Below, in pieces: positions 28,568 through 41,786 of a stretch of 64,000 bases of DNA (positions are counted from its first letter, which is position 1; each line of letters opens with the position of its first letter). This DNA comes from Octopus vulgaris. Taxonomy: Eukaryota. The notes under the pieces were generated by a model. That model did no database searches and was not told the DNA's origin. It worked only from the letters and a program-made list of their open reading frames with translations. Both the position numbers and the translations under genes were made by a program. The DNA is taken from positions 38,812,001 through 38,876,000 of the forward strand of contig OX597840.1 in assembly GCA_951406725.2 (NCBI GenBank), given 5' to 3'.

Positions 28568-28965
28568 TAAAGCCGCGAGCTGGCGGAATCGTTTGCGCGT
28601 TAGGCAAAATGCTTAGCGGTATTTTGTCTACCGCTACGTTCTGTGTTCAAATTCCGCCGAAGTCGACTTTGCCTTTCATCATTTCGGGTTCGATTAAATA
28701 AGTACCAGTAACGCATTGGGGTCGATAAACTCGATTTAATCCGTTTGTCTGTCCTTGTTTGTCCTTTCTGTGTTTAGCCCCTTGTGGGTAGTAAAGAAAC
28801 AGGTATTTCGCCCGTCTCTATATTCTGAGTTCAATTTCTGCTGAGGTCCATTTTACCCTTAATCCTTTCGGGGCCTGTAAAATAAGTACCAGTGAAACTA
28901 GTTACCCCCCACCTAAAAAAAAAAAAAAAAAAAAATCCAGGCCTAGTGCTTATAGTAGAAAAGAA
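28568..28965 (+). mobile_element. SINE family A dimer (head-core-tail1 / core-tail2)
   Basis: Junction GTAAAGAAACA|GGTATTTCG at ~28801; second core is followed by tail 2. Confidence 0.85.
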
Positions 28966-29599
28966 TATTGAGATATTGTTATATTGAAATAACCAAATTT
29001 TAAATCTATATCTTTTGTTGATTACCTTGAGGTCAAAAAATGCCCAGAATACTTATGAGCAACAATATACAACATATTTTCTTTAAAATATTGAATTACA
29101 TTATCTAATTATAAATTTTGCCTAATTAAATAATAAATGGAGTCCTTGATTCTCGTAGGACAAGCAATTTACTAGAAGCCATATTGCAGTCGCAATTATT
29201 TAGCCCTACTACAAATTACTCTTTCGAGTAGATTTTTAAATATATGTGTTTGTTTACTCACAAACATTTATAAAAGAGAAAGCACGTAGCTTAATGGTTA
29301 AGTGGCTGTGCTCACCATTATCTAAGGAAAGGGAACATAGGACCCGATTCATTCTTTAATTACTCATTATATCATAAAAATGAAAGGGTCACACACTGTG
29401 AAGCTGTAACCAAATTCTCATTTCTATATTCCATTAAGAAATACGCTATCAAATATAGTATTCCGTATGTTAGTACATGGATATGTAAAAAATCTATCAT
29501 ATCACAATATTTTGCAGGGTAAGCAGTAATATTGCCCTACATGCATATTCACCAAAGTACGATCAGCCTTATATGCTAGTAACGTTCAAATAATTATTA

Positions 29600-29900
29600 T
29601 TCGAGGTATACGTCGCATGCAGTGGTAAAGACATGTCCTCCATCTCCCGCTAGACTACCCCACCAGGTTTTATACTCATTCGATACAGCAATTTCGGGAT
29701 GGAAGAGGCCATGTGGTAGCCACCGCATCAGAGAGGTTGACTTAATTGGGAAATATCTCGAGAGACTCACCGTTGTCTTGGAGGATGCAGGGGGGCTGGT
29801 ACGGGACTGGCAGCGATGGAGATCACTGGTGGATATGGTCGCTTCTACGCATAATGATATCGCTTGGATCGCTAATGTGGCATGACCCCAGTTTCATCAT
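29600..29900 (+). mobile_element. RTE-clade LINE 3' ORF remnant
   Basis: RRMQW*RHVL, RLPHQVLY, GWKRPCG and DWQRWRSLV resemble RTE C-termini. Confidence 0.6.
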
Positions 29901-29959
29901 GCAAGAGCGGGAAGCAAGGAAGATAAATTACTGAACTTAACAAGTCCTCTTCCTTGAGT

Positions 29960-30112
29960 CATATATGTTGCCTAATACAAAGATGTATTAGATTAACGCT
30001 CGTGTGGTGTAAAAGTCGTTAACATTTCGAGCCTACGCTCTTCCACAGAAAGAAACACAGAAAGAAACAAGGACAGAAAATAAAGAATGTGTAATGGCTG
30101 ACGATCTATCAT
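29960..30112 (-). mobile_element. Copy of the 4320-4508 repeat with variant hammerhead
   Basis: GATGTATTAG...TTTCGAGCCTACGCTCTTCCACAGAAAG...GATCTATCAT. Confidence 0.6.
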
Positions 30113-30633
30113 AGATAGACAGATATATAGATAGAAGACGGTTATGCATGCAGCTTTCGTCGACCAAATTCACTCTCAAGTAAAAAAAGTCGCCCCGCAC
30201 TTATTTTCCAGTTTGAAACGTAGTAATTGTGATACCTATAAAGCTAATGGTTGAAACGAATGGCAGGAGCTGACAGTGGATATCTGGAGTGTTTCAGGGT
30301 TCTGCGATGTAAGGCAACACATGATATTTAGTTATGGCACACGCTGGAGCAAGGCAGTTGTATGATATAAGGTAATAACTAACTGTAGAAAGTACCTCTT
30401 TGAAGCTGGGAAGTTGAAGTTTTGCGAATTCATTCATAGCCTGTATTCCAGAACTTTCACATCGTGGGTGATGGCCATATGCAGTGAACTATTATTAGCA
30501 AAAATCACTAATATATACACATACCAACCAAACGTATATAGGTGTGTATAACATATGTGTCTTCGTATATATGCATATACACACACATAAATATATAATA
30601 TATTATGTATTATGCTATAGATTTTATATATAC

Positions 30634-30694
<61 letters not shown>

Positions 30695-30723
30695 ATCTTC
30701 ATATTTCTAGATTATATGAATGG

Positions 30724-31027
<304 letters not shown>

Positions 31028-31120
31028 GTGAATGTATGTATTATACTCTCAAAACTCACCTACACACACCCGCACATGTCTCTATAAGAGAGGGTGCGAA
31101 TACGTCTGTTCAAAATCGAT

Positions 31121-31308
31121 GAGTTGCTAAAGGTGATAGCAACGTAGATCGAACATTAAAAATCAAACGTAACAATAACAAAGACATTGGAATGTTACGT
31201 TCGAAATATTGAATTAAATAAGTCTAAGGTAACATTTTTAATATCTTTGTTATTGTTCTATATAGTTTTTAATGTTGTATCTACTCTGCCATCACCTTCT
31301 GTATAACT
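31121..31308. mobile_element. MITE-like imperfect inverted repeat
   Basis: About 80-bp arms: AAGGTGATAGCA..AACATTAAAAA..AACAATAACAAAGA..AATGTTAC versus GTAACATT..TCTTTGTTATTGTT..TTTTTAATGTT..TGCCATCACCTT. Confidence 0.6.
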
Positions 31309-32231
31309 CTCACTTTTTCTACGTACTTCTCAATAATTGAGATGAACTTGACATACATATGTACATAAATACCTAAATATGTGTGTGTGTATGTGTACTA
31401 TACACGTATGTATATTTATATATCTGCACTTGTGTATATAATATGTGTGTGTGTTCGTGTGCGTGCGTGAGTGACCAGACAGACGTGGTTCTCAGAGTTG
31501 CTCTACGATGTCTGTTATACAACCCACAGGTATTCAATTTTACTTTGAATGCTATTCAGCCACATTCACTCTTTTCAATATTTTTGCAAAACTAGAATTA
31601 TCCGTAAGTACACAATATTTTTTATCTACTAAATATTCTATATTGAAATGCAAACAAATTTTCTCGTTTATTGTTACATAAAATAAAATAAAAAACGAAC
31701 TTACAGAATATTCAATAATCAATTGAATAGCAAACAAATGATTTCGTTTACATTTTTTTTTAACCAAATCAGAAATCAAACAATATACACATAACCAAAT
31801 ATTCGGTATTCAAACCACAAACAAATGTTCTTTTTTTTTTTTACTCTTGCACAAAGAACAGCTTAAAAAAAACAAAAAAAAAACAGAACGACTTTCAAAT
31901 TGCAATCTCACATAAAATGCCTTCGTCTGTTTTGACACGAAAAGAAGTGAAACATTTACTGGAAATAAATAGGAAAAAAAAAAAGGAAAATAAATAGGAA
32001 TAATGATGAACATATCGCATGTCTGTAATGATAATAACGGAGACTGGCATGGCTAGACGCCGAGGAATTTGAAAGGTGGAGAATTTCGCTTTGCAACTGC
32101 CTGGTTTCGAATTTCGTTCCACCGCCGCCAATTTGTGCTTTTGCATTCGTCAATAACTCTACGTCGATGAAGACATTGTGAAAGATTTACGTAAGTTATG
32201 ATAGGGGGAAACTGCGCGAAGGGTGTTATAC

Positions 32232-32317
<86 letters not shown>

Positions 32318-33082
32318 TCATATATATGTATATATATATATGTTTACGTAAAGCTTGTATGGTAATAGACCTTATTTGAGGTATTTTCTCCTCTGCACTA
32401 ATTTTTCTGTCAGCTTTCCACTCTCACAACACCAACAGCAACAATTACATTGTTCCCTGCTCTATCCTGAGCTTTAAAGGATCTTCTGACAGAACTTGAT
32501 GGCACTTCTTTCTTAAAATCTAGCAAAAAAAAATTACCCTTTCCTCTTCAATCAGTAAATCATGTAAAGTATTCCACTATGGAAAACGTCATTATCTTAA
32601 TCATCATCAACATCTCAACATCTGCAACTAGTATGCTATGACTGCTGGCGTTGCTATTGCCATCCAACACAAACATTATTTCTCTTTTTTCTCTCCTCAT
32701 CCGCACAATCTGATAATTCTGTCTACTGAAGACACACGTCTAACAAATTTGGGAGACGTTAATCGTGAAATCGTTAAACCGACCTAATTCTCAACCGATA
32801 CTTATTTTATCGACCTCGAATGAATGAAAGGCAAAGCCGGCCACTGTGTGATTTGAAATCGGAACGTAAAGATGGACGGAATGTGGAGATGCATGTCGTC
32901 CCCCATCCCACCCCTCGGCCTGCAACCCACTGCTAGTACCACGATTCAACTAAACTGACTTACCTGGAAACCATGGCGCCACGCTCAGTCCTCTATATCC
33001 ACATACATAGGGCAATATTGCCTCCACTAAATCAACTCAGAAACAATAATAAATAATAAGTTGAATGGAGAACATCCACATA

Positions 33083-33245
33083 GGCGCAGGAGTGGCTGTG
33101 TGGTAAGTAGCTTGCTTACCAACCACATGGTTCCAGGTTCAGTCCCACTGCGTGGCACCTTGGGCAAGTGTCTTCTACTATAGCCTCGGGCCCACCAAAG
33201 CCTTGTGAGTGGATTTGGTAGACGGAAACTGAAAAAAGACCGTCG

Positions 33246-33299
<54 letters not shown>

Positions 33300-33515
33300 C
33301 ATGTGTGTCTGTGTGTCTGGGTTTGTCCCCCTAGCATTGCTTGACAACCGATGCTGGTATGTTTATGTCCCCGTAACTTAGCGGTTCGGCAAAAGAGACC
33401 GATAGAATAAGTACTGGGCTTACAAAGAATAACTCGAGTTGCTCGATTAGAGGTGGTGCTCCAGCATGGCCGCAGTTAAATAACAGAAACAAGTAAAAGA
33501 GAGTAAAGAGAGAGA
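33083..33515 (+). mobile_element. SINE family B, full length
   Basis: Matches family B. Confidence 0.93.
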
Positions 33516-33978
33516 TATAAAAAAGATACCCCCCAAATTTTCGCCATTCACTCCGTGACAGACTAGATTGTTACATCACCTTCACACATCATGAGATTCG
33601 ATGTATGATTAAGAAATACACCACAAAGCAGTGACGGCGGTGCTACAATTTATGCCCTTCTTAGCAAATTGTTTTATCGCAATACTACACAGTGGCTGTG
33701 TCAGCTACAAAATCCTCGTCAGCACTGTTATATCGCACGTTCGGATGACCTCTACTCAACTCCCTACGTCTAGACTTTTCCTTCTATATCTACGTATGGG
33801 GCTAGCCTACTTATATCGTGTGGGGGCGTCCACACAGCACAAATATAAAAATTAACAACGTTCCTCTCATCCCTAAGGACGCATGTGCAATCAGTACCCC
33901 CAATACTACTTGTTGCTATGGCAATACCGATCCGGTACTTTCGCGGAAGCTACAAAACTGAACATGCATTTACTTACA

Positions 33979-34138
33979 ACCCTGCGAGGGATATTCCAAG
34001 TGCATCAGGATGCCTAATCAGAACGAATAATGAGCGAAACCTTTATTGCATGTCCAGTTACTTAATACAATGAAGTGCCCCCTAATTATCTGTTCTTGTT
34101 AAACATCTAAATGCACTCGGAATATCCAGTGCAGGGTT
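33979..34138. mobile_element. MITE-like imperfect inverted repeat
   Basis: GATATTCCAAGTGCAT..AGAACGAATAA versus TTATCTGTTCT..ATGCACTCGGAATATC, extended by ACCCTGC/GCAGGGT. Confidence 0.55.
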
Positions 34139-34504
34139 TCAATAAACCATAATGAGCGAATGTACGCAGAAACTAATAATATGAAATTGTGATTTTCGTA
34201 ATTTCTCGTAGGTTTACCCTGGATTTCATAACTACTAAAGCTGGAATATAAGGCAGTTACTTAAACACTGTACTGAGAGAAAAATGGACTGTGACTATAT
34301 ATACCTGACGCGCTAAACTTAACTGTAGCAGTCGACTATATGTTTGGATGCAAACTTAACTCTACACATACAAACATATGCATACATACATACATACATA
34401 CATACATACATACATACATACATACATACATACATACATACATACGTAGGTACATACATGCATACATACATACATACAAACATACACGCATACATACATA
34501 CATT

Positions 34505-34706
34505 TTTTATTGGATGGCCGTTGACTCTCAAGAGTTCCTCCGCCCTTTGACGGTTTTTTTTACATCCCACAGGGTGTCCAATAAACACCCTTCTCACCAA
34601 GCAAGCTTAGTGGGGTTGCCGGTAGAGTCGTCGAGGGCCCGACAATGCAACAGGTTGTACTGGGTCACATGTTACCAGTAACACTCGAAAGTGACCTGAC
34701 ATTAAC
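34505..34706 (+). mobile_element. GC-rich fragment embedded in (CATA)n, probable retroelement 3' end
   Basis: Higher GC than its flanks, terminal hairpin GGTCAC..GTGACC, followed by a (CATA)n tail. Confidence 0.45.
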
Positions 34707-35624
34707 ATACATACATACATGCTTTCGTGTATAGATACATATATACGTACAAATACTCAAACATACATGCATAAATTTAGATTGATAGATAGATCAAGAG
34801 ATAGGGCGAAAAAGAAAGAGTCAGACAGACAGACAGACACATAGATTGATAATTGGCAGACGGACAGACAGGCAGACAAACAGATATATAGATTGATACA
34901 TATATACATACATACATACATTCATACATTCATACATACATACATACATACATACATACATACATACATACATACATAGCTATAGGTATATGCACACGTA
35001 TATATGTACGCGCGTGTTTGGCTGTATGTGTGCATGAATTTGTAAAAACATTAAACCGGCCAATATTTATAAGTATGAAATCTGAAGTCAGATTAACGTT
35101 ACAATGAATATATCGCTCTTAAATAACAATTTTTGACATTATATTTCAATTAAACCATTTCCATGTCTTGCTTCCGATCATATATTGTCTAGTCTCTGTA
35201 TTGCTGATATATAATTACACTCGATGGAATCATCAGTTTTGAAATATGTATTGGCAACTCTCCTCTAATGATATGTGCGCCAGTAATGGGAGACAATCTA
35301 TCCTGGTCTGTCCTCTCCTGTCAAGCCACGTCTGTGTGTCTGCATATTTCTGTGGCTTCAAATGAAAGATGAAGCCATTCTGTCTGTGTATATAAGTGTG
35401 TACATTTCTACGTGTGTGTATCATATGTGCATATCCTTATACAAATACATATATACACATACACAAACACAGGCACGCATACACATACACAGGTACACAC
35501 ACTCGTACCTAACTGTCTTGACCAGACACACATGTTCTGTATTACACCGTTAGTCACACTGAGATTTTTGGCATTGCTGTAGTGTTTGAGTTACATCACC
35601 AAAATGGCGAGGTGCGCGGGCTAT

Positions 35625-36393
35625 TACCTATTTCTTTACTACCCACAAGGGGCTAAACAAAGAGGGGAAAAACGGATTAAGTCGATTACATCGACCTCAG
35701 TTCATAACTGGTACTTTATCGAACCCGAAAGGATGAAAGGCAAAGTCGACCTCGGCGGAATTTGAACTCAGAACGTAACGACAGACGAAATACCTATTTC
35801 TTTACTACCCACAAGAGGCTAAACACAGAGGGCACAAACACGGGCAGACAAACGGATTAAGTCGATTATATCGACCTCAGTTCATAACTGGTACTTTATA
35901 TATTGACCCCGAAAAGATGAAAGGCAAAGTCGACCTCGGCGGAATTTGAACTCTGCACAATACGACAGACGAAATACCTATTTCTTTACTACCCACAAGA
36001 GGCTAAACACAGAGGGGACAAACAAGGACAGACGAACGGATTAAGTCGATTATATCGGCTCCAGTGCGTAACTGGTACTTAATATATTGACCCCGAATGG
36101 ATGAAAGGCAAAGTCGACCTCGGCGGAATTTGAACTCACAACGTAACGACAGACGAAATACCTATTTCTTTACTACCCACAAGAGGCTAAACACACAGGG
36201 GACAAACACGGACAGAGAAACGGATTAAGTCGATTATATCGGCTCCAGTGCTTAACTGGTATTTAATATATTGACCCCGAAAGGATGAAAGGCAAAGTCG
36301 ACCTCGGTGGAATTTGAACTCAGAACGTAACGGCAGACGAAATACGGCTAAGAATTTTGCCCGGCGTGCTAACGATTCTCCCAGCTCGCCGCC
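35625..36393 (-). mobile_element. SINE family A tetramer: one head plus four core-tail units
   Basis: Units start TACCTATTTC at 35625, 35791, 35975 and 36159 (spacing 166/184/184 bp); single head at 36343-36393. Confidence 0.92.
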
Positions 36394-36899
36394 TTTGCGC
36401 AGGCTAACATTAACCTTTAACGAAAGGCCAATCTGTTTCAGCGTTGCCAGTTTGCAATTCAGTGAATTAAACTAACAAGAAAAAGGAGTGCTTTGTTCAA
36501 CAACACATCGTGCCGCCACACCTCTGTGTATTAATATTGCCTCCGTCGCTAATGTACATTTCTTTATCAATTTCACTGGCTAAAATTAACACCAGTGCCT
36601 GTTCTGGCATTGTTATTCCATATTTCGCTGACGAAGAAATGAATCGCTGTTATTTTTAGCGGTCGAGCGTCCACTATTGGCAAGACCAAGGAAGATCGAA
36701 ATCACTTGTTCTGTGGTCTCGGTGCTGAAGATGGCGAGGTTTCACTTCCCTGCTGGCGATATATAGAAGCGTGCATTTTGTACCAAAAGCTATTATCAGA
36801 TTCATGTTTAAGTAAGGATAAATATTACCTCTCGGTATTAATATTCTCTGTCGCTTAGGTATATCTTAAGCAGATGCAACTCTGGCTTCGCTCGATGTG

Positions 36900-37400
36900 T
36901 TGCTTCCTTGTTTCATACTGGTGTAAAATCTCCCTTGTTCATCTCCAATAACGATGCAGGAAAGACATTACAGTTCATGCCTAGAGTTGCCTGTTGTCAG
37001 TTGAGCAATGTGGAGGCAATACAGAAGCAATTCGTTCCAAGCGTCTAACATCATTCCCCGAAGACTTGGACCTTACGTATCGAATGAAGTTGTTACCCAA
37101 CAGAATCAATCCATGCATTTCATCTGCTGGGCCAATTTCCTACTAGACTGACATAGATCCACTTGCATGAGCTTGCTTAATTGACCCTCATTGAACTGAG
37201 CACATTATCCCGAAAACAGTGAAGTCGATATTTAATTCTCTGGCAAAAAATTCGGAACAGATTTTTCAGTAATAGCGCTTTCCCAGAATATAGCATAATC
37301 ATCTCAAATGGTTTTGATAGCATTGCAACCTTTTCGGAAAAGGAACAGAAGTATGCTAATTTTTTTTCGAAATGACACTTCATATTCTTTTTGTCTGAGA
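36900..37400 (-). pseudogene. Decayed mariner-type transposase N-terminus
   Basis: Minus-strand translation ILLFLFRKGCNAIKTI*DDYAIFWESAITEKSV resembles the mariner HTH region. Confidence 0.55.
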
Positions 37401-37567
37401 AAGGATACAATTTGTTCGAATTATAAAAACGGTAAACAATATCCGTGGTGGAAAATTAAAGTTAAACGTAAAAGGAACATCAACATTTTAAAAATTTACG
37501 ATAAAATCAATTTTCGTATTAATTAAAACAACATTTGAAGCAAAAGAACGAGTCTATCTGACAACTT

Positions 37568-37649
<82 letters not shown>

Positions 37650-37658
37650 CATGTATAC

Positions 37659-37691
<33 letters not shown>

Positions 37692-37716
37692 ATATATATA
37701 TATATATATAAAATGT

Positions 37717-37762
<46 letters not shown>

Positions 37763-37841
37763 TATATATAAATATGTATAAATATCTATATATATATATA
37801 TATATAAATATATATATAAATATGTATAAATATCTATATAT

Positions 37842-37889
<48 letters not shown>

Positions 37890-38804
37890 AATATAAATGT
37901 ATATATATGTATATGTATGCATGTATGTGAATATATATAAGCATATATAAGTATGAATTAAATCAATTACTGATCTTATCAGTGGCCAGCAAGTAATTAA
38001 AACCATACAGGTAAAATATAATTTAGATATAATTATGATTATATCTAATTATCTCTCTCCCTCTCTCTCCCCCGCTCTCTCTCCCTCTCTCTCCCTTTCT
38101 TCCTCTCTCTCTCTATATATATATACACAAATGCATTTTCACTGTACAATGACGCGAGATGATTACAAACTACTGTTGTGCCAGAACAGCTAATGTCTGT
38201 TGCTAGCGTAAGCCTTTTTACTGATCCTAGATGTGAACACGTCACACACTTTCCCACGAATTATACGTTTACGATTACATAACTAAAACTTTTCTTCCGC
38301 CATTTTAATAGGTTACAATTTGATAAGAAATAAATTTCGCTGATGCGTCTCGTCTTTCTACAAAACATGTAACAATGTTTCGAAAACACAAGTTCCGAGG
38401 TTACATCTTATTTGAAGCTAGTTTCAATAACTATGGGAATTTCAAATATATTCACAAAATAAATTAGGCTTCAAACGTGTAGAATTGATATATCTGTACT
38501 TGTGACATGGGACAAATATACGTCATATATCTTCGTGACCATCGTCTTCATGTGGCTGTTGGCGTCGTTGTCTCTTGTATTAGCTAAGTCATTCTTTCCT
38601 TGCCTTACTATAATATCCAACTTCGCAAAAATACTTCCCTCTACAAAGTTTCTCCGCTGTTACCAAGTTTATTGACGAAAAACATGGTTGTTGAACAGTA
38701 ATCTTACATATTTGTTTAATTTAGTTAACAGAAGCAACACTCCTAAACGTGTGCATTCGTACCCATACTTACATTTACACACACAGAGACACACATTCAC
38801 ACAC

Positions 38805-38805
38805 A

Positions 38806-38904
<99 letters not shown>

Positions 38905-38920
38905 ATATATCTATCTATCT
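38805..38920. repeat. (TCTA)n microsatellite
   Basis: Tandem tetramers. Confidence 0.95.
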
Positions 38921-38930
38921 ATGTATATGC

Positions 38931-38961
<31 letters not shown>

Positions 38962-38969
38962 CATATATG

Positions 38970-39015
<46 letters not shown>

Positions 39016-40281
39016 TATACATATATATGTATGCATGGATATATATATACATACATATAGATATATAAACAAACACAAATACACATACAAACATACATAT
39101 ATATATATATAACATACATATTTATGCATTTATCTATCTATATATGTCTCTGTGTTTCTCCCTCCCTGTCTTTCCCTTCTTCTCTTCCTCTTCATCTCCC
39201 TCTCTCTCTGTCTACATATATATGCGTGCATGTATGTACGTATGGATGGATGGATGGATGGATGGATGGAGATATAAATGTATACATACACGTGTACATA
39301 TACATGTATATACACACGTATATGTTTACGACTTTTGTGCTTATGCGTGAGTTTTTGTGTGTCTGTGTGTGTGTGTATATGTGTCTTGATAGTGGTATTT
39401 TGCTACACATGTACCATTCGAGTTATATACAAACATTTTTAACCTGTATGTTCAAGAATTTTTACCAATTAAATTTCTCACTTCTTCAACTTTCCAAACA
39501 TTAAATGTACTTTGACATTTTTATTCGACATCATGCTCAATTAATTCGTAGACGTTTTGCTGAAGGAATACTTCTGTTGTGGAATTAATTTGGTTAAACA
39601 TGCAGACTTTGCGCGAATATCTGTAAGTATATTTATTTAAGTCAGATATCAGGTCTCTGATATCTATATAGTTTTTAGCTATGTCGAACGTGATTTAGCT
39701 TCCCATAGAAACAAAGCTAAGACACTCAGAGTACCGCTGCGTGACACAGATCCACTGCAGCATCTGCTGTACATGTACATTAAGTATCAGCGTTGTAGCT
39801 TAATTCCACTGTTTACAGCGGTGCTTGGAAGGAAGGTGTGTAGTGTGTGATCATCCCATTCGCCATAATAGAGAAACTTGAGAAAAGAATCTGCATCAAA
39901 CTTTTTCAAAAGCTTCGTGATGCATGCTTAGAATGCTACGCAAATTTTTCAAAATATTGACGCACGTATCTCCCTCAATCTTCACGTTTTGACTTTACAA
40001 AGAAGAGAATGCATTCATAGTGTGCAGTCGTAGATGCATAGAAGTACAGGCAGAAAAAGCCACATGTGAGAGTAGGGTTTCCCATCGTACACTAACCTGA
40101 TGAAACTGTGCGGTAAGCTAAGCAACAAAGGAAAACAACTATAGCACCAAACAACATCTAGTGGAAGAATCACTTGATTTTGAAAGTATTGACACAGTTG
40201 CGATGGACATCGTTTTAAGCTTTTATACATCATCGTCGTCGTCGTTGTCATCATCATCATCAGCAGCAGCAGCAGCATCAT

Positions 40282-40322
<41 letters not shown>

Positions 40323-40910
40323 ACAGCAACAACATTTTACAAAGCTTTCCTTGACCCTCGTTTGGGGTAGATGGGTCGAGACAGCTAGAAAAGCTACATA
40401 TTTAAAGGTACTTTTCTCCAAGCTGTTTGACCGCACTATGTTCCACCCCGGGAGCGTTCTAACTTGTAGAAGCTCTCCTTAACATTAACCTCTTCATTGA
40501 GTGTACAAGGTGTGTGTCTGTGTGTGTGTGTGTGTGTGCTTGCATTTGTGTCCGTGCATGTGTGTGTTTGTTTGCATTTGTGTGTATGTGTACGTTCGTG
40601 TATCTGTATAGATTATTGTAAAACGCACAGAGACATACACAAATTATACACAGACACACAAACATACACAAATACCCACATGTATATTAATAGAGAGAAG
40701 TTAGAGAGTGGCATAAGAGCCGATAGATTCCTGGTTTGGCACTTTTCCTGAAACATTTCCTGAGTGTCAAATCACAAATATCTCGACAAAAGCGTCACCT
40801 TCCAGTTTCAGTACATTCATAAAAAGTATATATTCCTCTTTTGAACTCGTTTCCTAGTTGAAAAACCACGACTATAACAACCCAGATACGCGTGTAATTA
40901 TGTATGTATA

Positions 40911-41105
40911 GATATGGGTATGGTGAGTGTATATATAGATATGTGTATGGTGAGTGTATGTATAGATATGTGTATGGTGAGTGTATATATAGATATGTGT
41001 ATGGAGAGTGTTATACTTATGTGTATGGTGAGTGTATATATAGATATGTGTATGGTGAGTGTATATATAGATATATGTATATATAGACATGTGTATGGTG
41101 AGGGT
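40911..41105. repeat. 27-bp minisatellite, about 7 copies
   Basis: GATATGTGTATGGTGAGTGTATATATA-type units start at 40911, 40938, 40965, 40992. Confidence 0.9.
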
Positions 41106-41414
41106 GTGTATGAATGTGTGAGTGTGTGTTTGTATGAGACTACATGCACACGTTCACACGCATAAATTTTAATGTTCGTATTTTTCCTAAGTCACCTGTA
41201 TCTCACTAAACTGGTACAGTCCAAAACTACAGCATTACCAAACCGTTGCAATACCACCATTGAAGTGCCTACTACATATTTTTCATAAATTTTCGTTTAT
41301 TACATATTCGCAGTTATGGGCCCCTTCTTCCTTGACCAGAATTTAGCGTTAAAAACTACTTTTCCTTTCGTCCATGTGTGTATTATTGGTTTTGAAGATT
41401 GGAACAGGACCAGT

Positions 41415-41602
41415 AACTTCGAAGGAAACGGTAAATCAATTACATCAATCAGGTTGCTTCAATGGTAATTATTTTATCGATCCCGAAACAATGAAGGGCC
41501 AAAGTCGACTTGGGTGGAATTTAAACCCACAGCGAAATGACTGACAAAATGCCGCTGGACATTCCGATCGGCGCGTTACCGACTCTTCTAGTTCTCCGCC
41601 TT
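41415..41602 (-). mobile_element. SINE family A, degenerate
   Basis: TTTTATCGATCCCGAAA..AAAGTCGACT..TCCGCCTT. Confidence 0.7.
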
Positions 41603-41740
41603 AATCAATAAATGTAATACTGGTTTCAAACTTTGACACAAGGCCAGCATTATTTTGTCTCAGTCAATTAAATCAATCCCAGTATATTATTTACGTTATT
41701 TATATTTGACGGATATTTGTCCTCATCTAGTTTGTTGTTA

Positions 41741-41786
41741 AAACAACGTTTCGGCTGACATACCCTCCAGCCTTCATCGGATGTCT
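41741..41786 (-). ncRNA. Degenerate minimal hammerhead motif
   Basis: Minus strand CCGATGA-A-GGCTG-loop-CAGCC-GAAA-CG-TT; core U4 mutated and stem I imperfect. Confidence 0.5.

Noticed and set aside
35625-36393. CRISPR-like regularly spaced repeats
   Set aside because: Whole units are homologous SINE bodies with no unique spacers and no cas genes; eukaryotic context.
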